A stretch of 64,000 nt of DNA from Parcubacteria group bacterium (GTDB lineage Bacteria; Patescibacteriota; Minisyncoccia; Phycocordibacterales; Zambryskibacteraceae): the NCBI GenBank assembly GCA_028286565.1, contig JAQBRH010000004.1, forward strand, positions 122,168 through 186,167. The letters are read 5' to 3'. Below, one piece after another: positions 35,011 to 43,962 of this stretch (position 1 is the stretch's first letter; each line of letters begins with the position of its first letter). The notes beneath the pieces were generated by a model that was not told the DNA's origin, made no database searches, and saw nothing but the letters and a program-made list of their open reading frames with translations. Made by a program: the position numbers and the translations under genes.

Positions 35011-36466
35011 CTCCGAAAACAAGATAGATGAGTACTGCAAGCCACCACGAGAGGTGGCTTATGCGTATGCTCGCCCACGGGAGAGAGCCGAGAGTATGAG
35101 CGACAAAGAGAATGTATGCGAGAAGTATGTGAGAAACATACGCGAACGGCAGGGCGATATACGGATGAATGAAAGCGAGCAGCGTCGCAAAAAATCCTGC
35201 GAGCATCGTGAACGGCACGAACACCAAGATCAAAATATTCGAAACGAGAGATACGACCGAAACACTCCCCACCGAATATACGAGGTACGGCAGGACGGTG
35301 ATCTGCGTCGCGACGGTCGTGGAAAGGATGGACCGCATCCCCCACCGTTCGGGCACGCGTACAAAATATTTCTTGATGATCGGTTCGACATACACAAGCG
35401 CGAGTACGGCAAGGAATGATAGCTGGAACGAAGGATCGAAGACGAGGATCTTCGGATTCAAGACGAGCATGAGGAACGCCGCCGAGAGAAGCGCCCGGGG
35501 CATCGAATACCCGCGCCCCAGCGTTTTGCCCATAAGCACGATGAGGGCCATGACGGCGGCGCGGACAACCGTGGCCGTCGCTCCGGTCATGAGGGTAAAA
35601 AGAATGATGCCTACCCCGGATATCACGGAGGCCCTGCGGGAACCGAGAAATCCGAGGAGCAACAAGAAAAATTCGGCGATGATGGTGATGTTATACCCGG
35701 AGAGAACGACGATGTGCACCACGCCCGCCCGTTTGAATTCATCAAGGACCGAAGCGGGCAATGCTTGTTTGCCCGAAACAAGAAGGCCGGCAAGGAGCGA
35801 AGACTCGGGTTCCGGCAAAATGCTGTTCATCCTATTTGTGAACGCGGATTTGATGCGAAGGAGAAATGCTTTGAGAAAATTCCCCTGCCCGGATCCGAGA
35901 ACTTCGACCTTGGCGAAACTTTCCGTGTAATAGATATCATCCTTGGATAGGTACGCGGCATAATCGAAGGTGCGCCCCGTGTCACTCTCGATGATCCCCG
36001 GTTTCTTTAATTTCCCCGTCACCCGCGCGCGATCTCCGTACGAGACGCGTGTGAGCAAGGGCGTACTCACGAGGATCTTGTCCGTATCCGTCTTCAGCAC
36101 AAAGCGCATGTCGTTCTCCCTGTTCTCCGGCTCGCTTACCACCACTCCTTCTCTCGTGATGACGGTATCGATGCCCGACTCGAGCAGAGGCTCGGGAGTG
36201 TGAAAATCTTTTATATCGAACCGCACTATTCCGGCTCCGAATGAAAGAAAGAACAGAAAGAGAAGAATATTTCTCCTGTCCGCACCATAGATCGCTCCGC
36301 CGATGAGCATGATGAAACACGCGGCCAGAGGCGAGATAGAGAAGAAAGATGAAACGAGGACGCCGAACATGAAGCCCCATATGAAAAGAAAAACGCCCCT
36401 CTGCGGGTCGTCCTCGAATTTCTTATAAAGCTCTTGGAGAGACTGAAAGCGGTACATAATATTCAT
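34964..36466 (-). CDS. comEC: ComEC/Rec2 N-terminal and competence (channel) domains
   Basis: Polytopic membrane protein with the competence-domain pattern (..LPASVLDEFKRAGVVHIVVLSGYNITIIAEFF..). Start taken at MNIMYRF (36466) to avoid overlap with rnhA. The 3' end overlaps the convergent sod gene by 47 nt. Confidence 0.8.
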   Translation of the reverse strand: MNIMYRFQSLQELYKKFEDDPQRGVFLFIWGFMFGVLVSSFFSISPLAACFIMLIGGAIYGADRRNILLFLFFLSFGAGIVRFDIKDFHTPEPLLESGIDTVITREGVVVSEPENRENDMRFVLKTDTDKILVSTPLLTRVSYGDRARVTGKLKKPGIIESDTGRTFDYAAYLSKDDIYYTESFAKVEVLGSGQGNFLKAFLLRIKSAFTNRMNSILPEPESSLLAGLLVSGKQALPASVLDEFKRAGVVHIVVLSGYNITIIAEFFLLLLGFLGSRRASVISGVGIILFTLMTGATATVVRAAVMALIVLMGKTLGRGYSMPRALLSAAFLMLVLNPKILVFDPSFQLSFLAVLALVYVEPIIKKYFVRVPERWGMRSILSTTVATQITVLPYLVYSVGSVSVVSLVSNILILVFVPFTMLAGFFATLLAFIHPYIALPFAYVSHILLAYILFVAHTLGSLPWASIRISHLSWWLAVLIYLVFGAIVWRLRSSLQPSAN

Positions 36467-36911
36467 GTCGTAGTCCGTCGAAGAGAAGCGGCTCGTGCCC
36501 GTCCGCGAACTCGGTGGCGATCTCGTCGCACCGCTCGTTCGCATGAACTCCGGAGTGCCCCGGCACGACGACCCATCTGATATCTTTATCCTTTGAGGCG
36601 GCGAGCAGCTCTTGCCAGAGGTCTTGGTTCAAAACGGGCTTCTTGGCTGCGGTTTTCCAATTATTGTTCTGCCAGCCCTTCACCCAGACAGTGATGCCTT
36701 TGACGATATATTCGGAGTCCGTATGAAGTTCGATGTTCCCGTCGGATACCTTGAGCGCTTCGATGACCGCCCGCAGCTCCATTCTGTTATTTGTGGTTTG
36801 AGCCTCTCCGCCCCCAAGCTCTCGCACCCGGTCCGCTTCGGCTACGATCGCTCCCCACCCCCCGGGCCCGGGGTTCCCTCTTGAAGATCCGTCGGTAAAG
36901 ATTGTGATCAT
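36423..36911 (-). CDS. rnhA: Ribonuclease HI
   Basis: TDGSSRGNPGPGGWGAIV...ELRAVIEAL...TDSEYIV matches RNase H catalytic DEDD residues. Confidence 0.93.
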   Translation of the reverse strand: MITIFTDGSSRGNPGPGGWGAIVAEADRVRELGGGEAQTTNNRMELRAVIEALKVSDGNIELHTDSEYIVKGITVWVKGWQNNNWKTAAKKPVLNQDLWQELLAASKDKDIRWVVVPGHSGVHANERCDEIATEFADGHEPLLFDGLRHEYYVPLSVSPRAL

Positions 36912-38572
36912 GCTCCTATAATATCAATGATTCGGAGGCGAAGCTCGGGGCGGTTCCTAAAATACGACTTTTCGAGATGGGCAGTGACGGCTACCGAATT
37001 CCCCGGATCGAGAGGCACGCCGATCGAGTCGAGAGTGGTGAAGAAAGAGATGGCCTTCACATCCCTCCCGCCCGGAGAGCGGAGAATAACTTCGAGATGG
37101 TCGCCGGTCTTTCCAAAATTCTTGGCGCTCTTTACTTCGGCATCAATATGAAAAATAGGCTTCGGGTTTCCCGTGCCGAACGGAGAAAGCTTGTCGATAG
37201 TGTCCCACAATCTTTCTCCGATGTGAGCGAGGTTAAGGGCGATGCCCTTCGTTTCTTTTTTGGATTCCCCTTCTTCCAATAGTTCGATCGCTTTCGAGAG
37301 TTCTTTTTCGAGGCGAGAGACATTTTCAAGCGTGAGGGAGAATCCCCCCGCCCCCGCGTGCCCGCCGTATTCTATAAAACATTCCGCCGCGCCGGACATC
37401 AGATCATGCAGATGATATCCGTTGTAGGAACGGCACGAGCCCTTGAGCACGCCGTCGCCGTCCCTTCCCCAGACGAACACGGGGCGGGAATATTCTTCGA
37501 CGAGAGTGTTCGCCACAAGGCCGAGGAGTGACGGTCTCCACTCCGGATTACCTATGACGATCACTTTGGGCAGATCTTGGCGCGTGGCCAAATGAGCCTT
37601 GGCTTCCTTCACGAGCCCTGCGACCACGCCTTTTCGTTCGTTGTTTATCTTTTCCAAATGGAGCGCGAGCTTTTCGGCTTCGAGCGGACTCCGGGTCGAG
37701 AGAAGCCTGAAGGCGTCTTCGGGCTTGCCCATCCTCGAGGCTGCATTGATCCTCGGGGTGATCATAAAGGCGATGTCGTCTTCGGAAATATGCGCCTGAT
37801 CCATATTCAGCTTCTTGAAAAGCGAGGCGAGGCCCGGGCGCGGGGACTTTTTTAAAACATCGAGGCCGTACTTTGCAAAGATCCTATTCTCCCCGACAAG
37901 CGGGACCATGTCCGAGAGCGTGGCGATGCCCACCATGTCGAGGGACCATTTTTCCATCCCTTCTTTGATGCCGAATCGCTCTTTCATGAGGACCGCCTGG
38001 ATAAGCTTAAAGCCGACGGCCGCGCCGCACAGCTCCGGGAAGGGATACGTTGAATCTTTTCTTTTATGATCGACGATCGCAAACGCTTTCGGCAACAGTT
38101 CCCGTCCATCCGCCTGCACAGGCAAGTGATGGTCCGTGATGATCACCTCTATGCCCTTTTCATTCGCATACTCGACCTCGTGCAGATCGGCTATGCCGCA
38201 GTCGATGGTGATAAGGAGCGTCGCTCCTTTCTCCGCCGCGGCGTCTATGGCGTCGCAGTTGAGGCCGAAGCCTTCGTCGTGCCGGTGAGGAATATAAAAC
38301 GACACCTTGTCATAGTCCGCTCTATGAAAAAAATCCGAGAAGACAACCGCTCCGGGAATGCCGTCCGCATCATAGTCCGAGAAGACCATGATGTGCTCTT
38401 TGTCCCGCATGGCCCGTATCACACGATCCCGGGCTTTCTCCATATCCGGCAAAAGCAGCGGATCATGAAGTTTTTTGTAGTCAGGATGCAAAAAATCCTC
38501 TACTTCGGAGGACGGAAGACCTCGTTCAAGGAGCAGTGTTTCAAGGATCGAATCGAGCTCGGAAGGCGACAT
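36908..38572 (-). CDS. recJ: Single-stranded-DNA-specific exonuclease RecJ
   Basis: DHH motifs (FSDYDADGI, ITDHHLP) and a DHHA1 domain; 554 aa. Confidence 0.93.
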   Translation of the reverse strand: MSPSELDSILETLLLERGLPSSEVEDFLHPDYKKLHDPLLLPDMEKARDRVIRAMRDKEHIMVFSDYDADGIPGAVVFSDFFHRADYDKVSFYIPHRHDEGFGLNCDAIDAAAEKGATLLITIDCGIADLHEVEYANEKGIEVIITDHHLPVQADGRELLPKAFAIVDHKRKDSTYPFPELCGAAVGFKLIQAVLMKERFGIKEGMEKWSLDMVGIATLSDMVPLVGENRIFAKYGLDVLKKSPRPGLASLFKKLNMDQAHISEDDIAFMITPRINAASRMGKPEDAFRLLSTRSPLEAEKLALHLEKINNERKGVVAGLVKEAKAHLATRQDLPKVIVIGNPEWRPSLLGLVANTLVEEYSRPVFVWGRDGDGVLKGSCRSYNGYHLHDLMSGAAECFIEYGGHAGAGGFSLTLENVSRLEKELSKAIELLEEGESKKETKGIALNLAHIGERLWDTIDKLSPFGTGNPKPIFHIDAEVKSAKNFGKTGDHLEVILRSPGGRDVKAISFFTTLDSIGVPLDPGNSVAVTAHLEKSYFRNRPELRLRIIDIIGA

Positions 38573-38634
38573 CCGGCTATTCTACCACGCGGGTCTCCCA
38601 TGCGAGATTGACGCTCTTGTATTATGATGAACCC

Positions 38635-39552
38635 ATGAGATCAAGACTAAAACGGAGCCTCGACCGAGGCGAAGCTATGGAAGGGTTGGTAGTGCTTGTG
38701 GGGTTATTCATCATTATTTTCGCCTTTGTCATCCCGCGCAAGGGTCCTCCGGCCGCCCAAAGCATCCCTTCTCTCACGGGAGGCAAGCCCCAGGCCGCCT
38801 GGACGACGACCGGCTCTCGATCATCCGGCACACAGGGAGGAGGTTCGAACTCTTCCCTTTCTATATACAAAGGCAACGCCGCGTATGAATACGACCCTCA
38901 GAGCGAATACATAGAGATAGAGAACAGAGGCACCGGCTCCGTCGACATCACCGGCTTTCGTTTAAAGAACGCCAAGGATGCCAAGACGTTCCAGGTCGGC
39001 TCGAGCGTACAGCGCTTTGCTTCGGACGTGGCCGAGATACCGAACGTCGTGCTCAAGGCCGGAGGCAAGGCGGTGGTCGTTTCCGGTCCCGCGCCGCAAG
39101 CCTCTCCGTATAAGGTCGCGAATTTTGAAGAGAATATGTGCTCGGGGTATCTTGCTCACATAAACGGATATTCCTTCAGCCCGGGCCTCGCCGAGAATTG
39201 CCCTCTTCCGAGACAAGAAGCGGGCTACCAAGGCCTCGACCGAGGATGCCAGGATTTCTTGAACAGCTTCACTTCCTGTCATATCCCGACATACGAAGGA
39301 CTCGACCAGAATCGCCGGTCGTGCAACGGTTGCATCGACGGCGTCGGCGGGCTTTCGAACTCATGCGTCGCTTTCATCAAGAGCCACTTTGATTATCCGT
39401 CCTGCCTCTTGAACCATGGGAGCGATCAGAATTTTAAAAGCGGAGTATGGCGCGTGTACCTCGGCCGCACATGGGAAATGTGGGCCAAAGATCACGAAAC
39501 TATTTCTCTCTTGGATCGTTTAGGGAACGTGGTGACCTCAATATCGTACTAG
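38635..39552 (+). CDS. Secreted/membrane-anchored protein with a lamin-tail-like domain and a Cys-rich C-terminal region
   Basis: N-terminal TM (LVVLVGLFIIIFAFVIP). YIEIENRGTGSVDITGFRL resembles the LTD beta-sandwich signature. 12 Cys in the C-terminal 150 aa. Start placed at the MRSRLKR ATG. Confidence 0.6.
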   Translation: MRSRLKRSLDRGEAMEGLVVLVGLFIIIFAFVIPRKGPPAAQSIPSLTGGKPQAAWTTTGSRSSGTQGGGSNSSLSIYKGNAAYEYDPQSEYIEIENRGTGSVDITGFRLKNAKDAKTFQVGSSVQRFASDVAEIPNVVLKAGGKAVVVSGPAPQASPYKVANFEENMCSGYLAHINGYSFSPGLAENCPLPRQEAGYQGLDRGCQDFLNSFTSCHIPTYEGLDQNRRSCNGCIDGVGGLSNSCVAFIKSHFDYPSCLLNHGSDQNFKSGVWRVYLGRTWEMWAKDHETISLLDRLGNVVTSISY

Positions 39553-39576
39553 TTCGACAGGCTCACTATAAATAAA

Positions 39577-39945
39577 ATGGAAGACTGCATCTTTTGTAAA
39601 ATTGTAAGAAAAGAGATCCCCGTTGAGATCGTGTATGAAGATGAGAATTTCGTTGCCTTTCTTGATATTCATCCCGAGTCCCCGGGGCACGTACAAGTGA
39701 TCCCTAAGGCGCATATCCGCTGGGTATGGGACGTCCCAAATGTCGGGGCATATTTTGAAGCAGCAAGGAAGATCGCTATCGCACAGCGCAAAGCATTTAA
39801 CACCGATTGGGTCCTCTCGCGAATTGTCGGAGAGGAAGTCGAGCATGCCCACATATGGGTCTACCCGGATTGGAACGTCGAAGGAGATAAAACCGATCTT
39901 AAGACAAACGCAGAAAAGATCCGAAGTGCTATAGCTTCTCTATAG
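39577..39945 (+). CDS. HIT-family (histidine triad) hydrolase
   Basis: N-terminal CIFCKI and the histidine triad VEHAHIWV. Confidence 0.9.
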   Translation: MEDCIFCKIVRKEIPVEIVYEDENFVAFLDIHPESPGHVQVIPKAHIRWVWDVPNVGAYFEAARKIAIAQRKAFNTDWVLSRIVGEEVEHAHIWVYPDWNVEGDKTDLKTNAEKIRSAIASL

Positions 39946-41067
39946 TTTCTTGAGAGCGTCGATGCCGGGAAGACTGCCCTTGGAGAGGAAATCGAGCATC
40001 GCCCCTCCTCCGGTCGAGATGAAAGAGAACTTCCCAAAGAGCCCGAGCTCTTTGATGGCCGCAAGCGTATCCGCTCCTCCGACGATTACTTCCCTCTCGC
40101 TCTGAGCAAGCATCCGCGCCAGGGCCAAAGTTCCTTCTTTGTATCCCTTTTCATAATTTCCGAGCGGTCCGTTCCAGAGGATGAACTGAGAATCATGGAT
40201 CTTTGTGCGGAGCGCTTCAAGCGTCTTTGGGCCCGCATCCATGATAACGTCGTGCTTTTCCATATCGGCGGGCAAGATCCCGAGGCTTTCTTCTCCGCGT
40301 TTGACGAGGACATCTTCCGGAAGCACAACTTTGCCTGAAGCGAATTTCTCCTTGAGGGCAAAATGTCCTTCCGAGACCAAGGAATCCCCGATCGGCTGCC
40401 CCAGCTCGACGAAGAAGTTGTGCGTCAGGGCTCCTCCGACGAAGATCGAGTCCGCGACGGTGATGAATTTCTCAATAAGAGGGATCTTGGTATCGAACTT
40501 CGCACCGCCGAGGATAAAGAGGAAGGGACGCTTGGGATAAAAGGCCTTTGAAAGCCGCTTCACTTCTTCGGTGAAATGCAGCCCGGCGAATCCCGGCAAC
40601 AGCTTCGGGATGCCGATGATCGACGCATGTTCTCTGTGGGAGGCGGAGAATGCCTCATTTATATATATATCTCCCAGTTCGGAGAGGGCTACGGCAAAAT
40701 TCCTATCATTGTCTTTCTCGCCTGCGTGCTTTCTGAGATTTTCAAGGAGGATAACCTCCCCTTCTTTCATCGAATCGATCTTTTTCTTCACCTCGTCCCC
40801 GACGGTCTCTTTGGAGAAAGAAAGATCGAGAAGCGTGCTCGCGTGCTCGTAGACCGCTTCGAGCGAATCGGTTTCTTTAGATTCGAGATGGGAAATAAGA
40901 ACAACCTTTGCGCCCGCTTTCGAGAGGTGCTCGATCGTCTGAAGCGACTGCCGGATACGATAGTCTTCTCTCACTTCGCCTTGCTGAAGAGGCACATTCC
41001 AATCTACCCGTACGAGTGCTCGTCTGCCTCGAAGATCCTGCGCTTCAAAAAGGGTCTTAAAATCCAT
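39940..41067 (-). CDS. pgk: Phosphoglycerate kinase
   Basis: 375 aa with N- and C-domain PGK signatures (..RVDWNVP.., ..GGGA..). Confidence 0.97.
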   Translation of the reverse strand: MDFKTLFEAQDLRGRRALVRVDWNVPLQQGEVREDYRIRQSLQTIEHLSKAGAKVVLISHLESKETDSLEAVYEHASTLLDLSFSKETVGDEVKKKIDSMKEGEVILLENLRKHAGEKDNDRNFAVALSELGDIYINEAFSASHREHASIIGIPKLLPGFAGLHFTEEVKRLSKAFYPKRPFLFILGGAKFDTKIPLIEKFITVADSIFVGGALTHNFFVELGQPIGDSLVSEGHFALKEKFASGKVVLPEDVLVKRGEESLGILPADMEKHDVIMDAGPKTLEALRTKIHDSQFILWNGPLGNYEKGYKEGTLALARMLAQSEREVIVGGADTLAAIKELGLFGKFSFISTGGGAMLDFLSKGSLPGIDALKKL

Positions 41068-41090
41068 TATATGTACCTTCCAGTATACAC

Positions 41091-41852
41091 CTAGGCGTGG
41101 GTTTCAAGGGCGGCCGCGATCTCGCCGAACATCTTCGGATCAAGCGAGGCGTGTCCCACCAAAAATCCGTTCACTCCGGTCTCGATAAGCGCCTTGGCAT
41201 TATCGCCTTCTACAGATCCTCCATAGAGAATGGGGATCATCTCCGCCGCTTCTCGGCCGAAGATATCCGTCAGCACCTTCTTTATAAAAATAACCATCTG
41301 CGCGAGGTCGGTCGGCTGCATGGCCTCCTTTGAACGCTTGCCTATGGCCCATACCGGCTCGTAGGCGATGATGAGCTTGCCTGCATCATCTTTTCTGCGG
41401 ACGCCTTCCAAGGAAAGCCTCAGTTCCTCGCGAATAAATTCAAAATGCTCGCCTTCCGCATCCCTCTCTTTTTCTCCTACGCACAAAAGCGGCGTGATCC
41501 CCGATCGGAGGGCGCATTTGATCTTGTCCGATGCGACCTCGTTCGTCTCGCCGAGGGCTCTTCGCTCGGAGTGTCCGATGATCGAAAGCTTTACTCCGAA
41601 TGATTTGAGGATATCGGGCGTTGTAGCCCCCGTGTACGTTCCCTCTGGGGCAAAAAAGATGTCTTGAGAGGCAAGATTCCCGAATCCTTTGATCTTTTTT
41701 GACACCGTCTCAAGATACGGAAGCGGAGGCGCGATATACGTAGCAAGCTTTTTGTACTGAGCGGACTTCTTGGCGAGCCCGCTCGCGATCGAAGCGGCCC
41801 GAGCAAGCGAGTCGGGGTGATTCTTCCAGTTGCCTACAAGTATTGGTTTCAT
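41091..41852 (-). CDS. tpiA: Triosephosphate isomerase
   Basis: NWK, IGHSERR and YGGS motifs. Confidence 0.97.
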   Translation of the reverse strand: MKPILVGNWKNHPDSLARAASIASGLAKKSAQYKKLATYIAPPLPYLETVSKKIKGFGNLASQDIFFAPEGTYTGATTPDILKSFGVKLSIIGHSERRALGETNEVASDKIKCALRSGITPLLCVGEKERDAEGEHFEFIREELRLSLEGVRRKDDAGKLIIAYEPVWAIGKRSKEAMQPTDLAQMVIFIKKVLTDIFGREAAEMIPILYGGSVEGDNAKALIETGVNGFLVGHASLDPKMFGEIAAALETHA

Positions 41853-41885
41853 AAAGATAGTATACCAGTAGAGACGTACGGCGGC

Positions 41886-43346
41886 TTAATTATTTTCAAC
41901 TTCCTGCCACGAGATGACCTGATATTGGTCGGATGTGAGGGGAAAAGATGGAGGAGGGGCATATAAGAGGTTCGGATCGTAGACAATGGTTCGTGTCTGA
42001 TAGCCCGTACCGTCCGTGTAGGCAAAGCCATAGCGAGTGGCGCTGCCGATCATCCCGTAGAGAGTGAGCGAGGTTCGGGTGTTATACGGAGAACAGCCTG
42101 AACCGTAATAATAACGCCCAACACGGCCATTTTGAGCCATAAGCGCCGCATCGATCCGGAGGGTAGTGAGGCCTTGCATGCCTACGTTTATATCTCCTTG
42201 GGACACAAGCGACAGCACATCGAGGCCGTTATAGTTTGTATAGAGGAGATTGTTGTTCACGGTAATGGACGGGCGTGTCGAGGGATTGTCCGGGAAGCGG
42301 GCGGCTGCCACAGTCACGCGCGCGGTATTTATCTGCCCTTCGACCCAGGCGTTGTCTTCGACAAAGACAATGCCGTTCGCCGGATTCGGATAGTTGCCCA
42401 CAAAGGTGGTGCTGTTCGGCATCCATGTCCCCCATCCCGTCTGCGAAGCTGAATTCGTACAACTGCCGGCGGGGCTGATGAGGTTCGTGACTTTGTAGAC
42501 ATCGAATGTGTCATTTGTTTTGAAAATGATCTTGTATCCCTGCCTTCCCGAACTTGAAAGATATTTCCCCGCGGCCTGCGCGTCCGTCTTCATCTGGGAG
42601 AGATTGGCGGTAATGCCCGTGAAGTCGACCGCAGGAACCGGGAACTGCCTTCCGGCGATAAACACATCGGCGCGGGGAGTTAAGGAGCTCGGAGGAGCTT
42701 CAAGAGGGCGGAAGTTGTCATCTACCCCGGATGCGGGAGGAATATTCTTGTGCGTATGGACGCCGAACTCGACGGCGCCCGTATGATCGGGGTCATTGTA
42801 GGTAGAGAGCGCGCTCGTTACCACATTGTGGGCGATGCCGTCAAAATGGATGCCCCCGTTCGAATGGAGAGGGCCGAACACTTCGGTGTCCTCGCCGATG
42901 CGGAGATCCGAGTTGCCTACGACCGCGAACTTGGCAAAAGAAGGAATGGCAAATTTTGCGATAATGGTTCTCTTGGCTGAACTATCGAGCGCGGACACCC
43001 CTACGGATCTGATAGTGACGAGCGTAGAGCCGAGAAGCGGAGGCGTAATGGTCAGGGTGAATGTACCCAACAGATCTCCGCTCTTATCATAAAAATTGTG
43101 GACCGACGGAGTTGAACTGCCCGTACCGTCCGTATAATCGGTCTTTGCGTGCGCGAGGTGCCAGCGATAATACTCGATCCCCGCTTCCGCCGCCTGGAAA
43201 GCCTGCTCTCGGAGGATGCCGATCCTTCCGGCCTTCATGTTGGTGTTCGCAAAGGTGATAAGCCCGCTGATCACGATCACCGCAATGCCCGCAAATACGA
43301 GCATCTGGATGAGAAAATATCCCTTTGAATATGTATGTTTTTTCAT
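41886..43346 (-). CDS. Type IV pilin-like / minor pseudopilin protein (degenerate prepilin N-terminus KGYFLIQ)
   Basis: N-terminal hydrophobic helix after a Gly-aromatic motif that lacks the Glu+5 residue; 486-aa Thr/Gly/Asn-rich extracellular body. Located directly downstream of two canonical prepilin genes. Confidence 0.5.
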   Translation of the reverse strand: MKKHTYSKGYFLIQMLVFAGIAVIVISGLITFANTNMKAGRIGILREQAFQAAEAGIEYYRWHLAHAKTDYTDGTGSSTPSVHNFYDKSGDLLGTFTLTITPPLLGSTLVTIRSVGVSALDSSAKRTIIAKFAIPSFAKFAVVGNSDLRIGEDTEVFGPLHSNGGIHFDGIAHNVVTSALSTYNDPDHTGAVEFGVHTHKNIPPASGVDDNFRPLEAPPSSLTPRADVFIAGRQFPVPAVDFTGITANLSQMKTDAQAAGKYLSSSGRQGYKIIFKTNDTFDVYKVTNLISPAGSCTNSASQTGWGTWMPNSTTFVGNYPNPANGIVFVEDNAWVEGQINTARVTVAAARFPDNPSTRPSITVNNNLLYTNYNGLDVLSLVSQGDINVGMQGLTTLRIDAALMAQNGRVGRYYYGSGCSPYNTRTSLTLYGMIGSATRYGFAYTDGTGYQTRTIVYDPNLLYAPPPSFPLTSDQYQVISWQEVENN

Positions 43347-43960
43347 AGGTTATCTTTAATGTTGCGAGGCGCAACTTCCGTCACGATCGAGATGGTATTC
43401 GGAGAGCGGTTTGGGTCCTTATCGATCAGGACGGTCACCTTTATTAAGCGGACCGCCGACGGAGTAACCGGGATGGACAGCGGGGTCGTAGTGCCCGCAT
43501 ACGTCGAGTCGTAATAATCGAACATCGGGGTCGAGGTGCCGTTCACGATCTCCGTCACAAGCGTGGTGACGGTCTCGGAATTGAGGTTGTATGAAGATGG
43601 ATTTCCGGACGGAGAGACAACCCCTTTTTTCAAAGTGCGGCTGCCTTGATCCAAAAAATACCGGATCCGATCCATCGATCCGTTGCCGTTGATGTCCGCG
43701 TAGAAGATGAGCGTACTCGTCGCCACCGTATCCAGAGGATATGAGCCGAGGGCCGAAGGAGCGATAGTGCGCAGCTCAGCCACCATGATCTTCAAGATCT
43801 TCCGGCCTTCGAGCTGGGCGGTAAGGCTGTTATACACGCCTGAATTCAGGATAAAAATATTTCGTATAAATTGGGATACGGCAAACCCAATGACGATCAT
43901 GATCCCGATAGAGATAATAAGTTCCGCGAGGGTAAATCCTTTTGTGGGCGAATGCGACAT
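43343..43960 (-). CDS. Type IV prepilin-like protein (canonical KGFTLAELII N-terminus)
   Basis: Prepilin peptidase motif G-FTLAE-L followed by a hydrophobic helix. Start placed at MSHSPTKGFTLAEL. Confidence 0.7.
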   Translation of the reverse strand: MSHSPTKGFTLAELIISIGIMIVIGFAVSQFIRNIFILNSGVYNSLTAQLEGRKILKIMVAELRTIAPSALGSYPLDTVATSTLIFYADINGNGSMDRIRYFLDQGSRTLKKGVVSPSGNPSSYNLNSETVTTLVTEIVNGTSTPMFDYYDSTYAGTTTPLSIPVTPSAVRLIKVTVLIDKDPNRSPNTISIVTEVAPRNIKDNL

Positions 43961-43962
43961 GG

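Noticed and set aside
35169-35930. Plus-strand ORFs of 253 and 177 aa, and a 135-aa minus ORF in another frame, inside the comEC N-domain gene
   Set aside because: They overlap a long membrane-protein gene with strong ComEC competence-domain features, and their Arg/Ser-rich composition is typical of spurious frames in GC-rich DNA.
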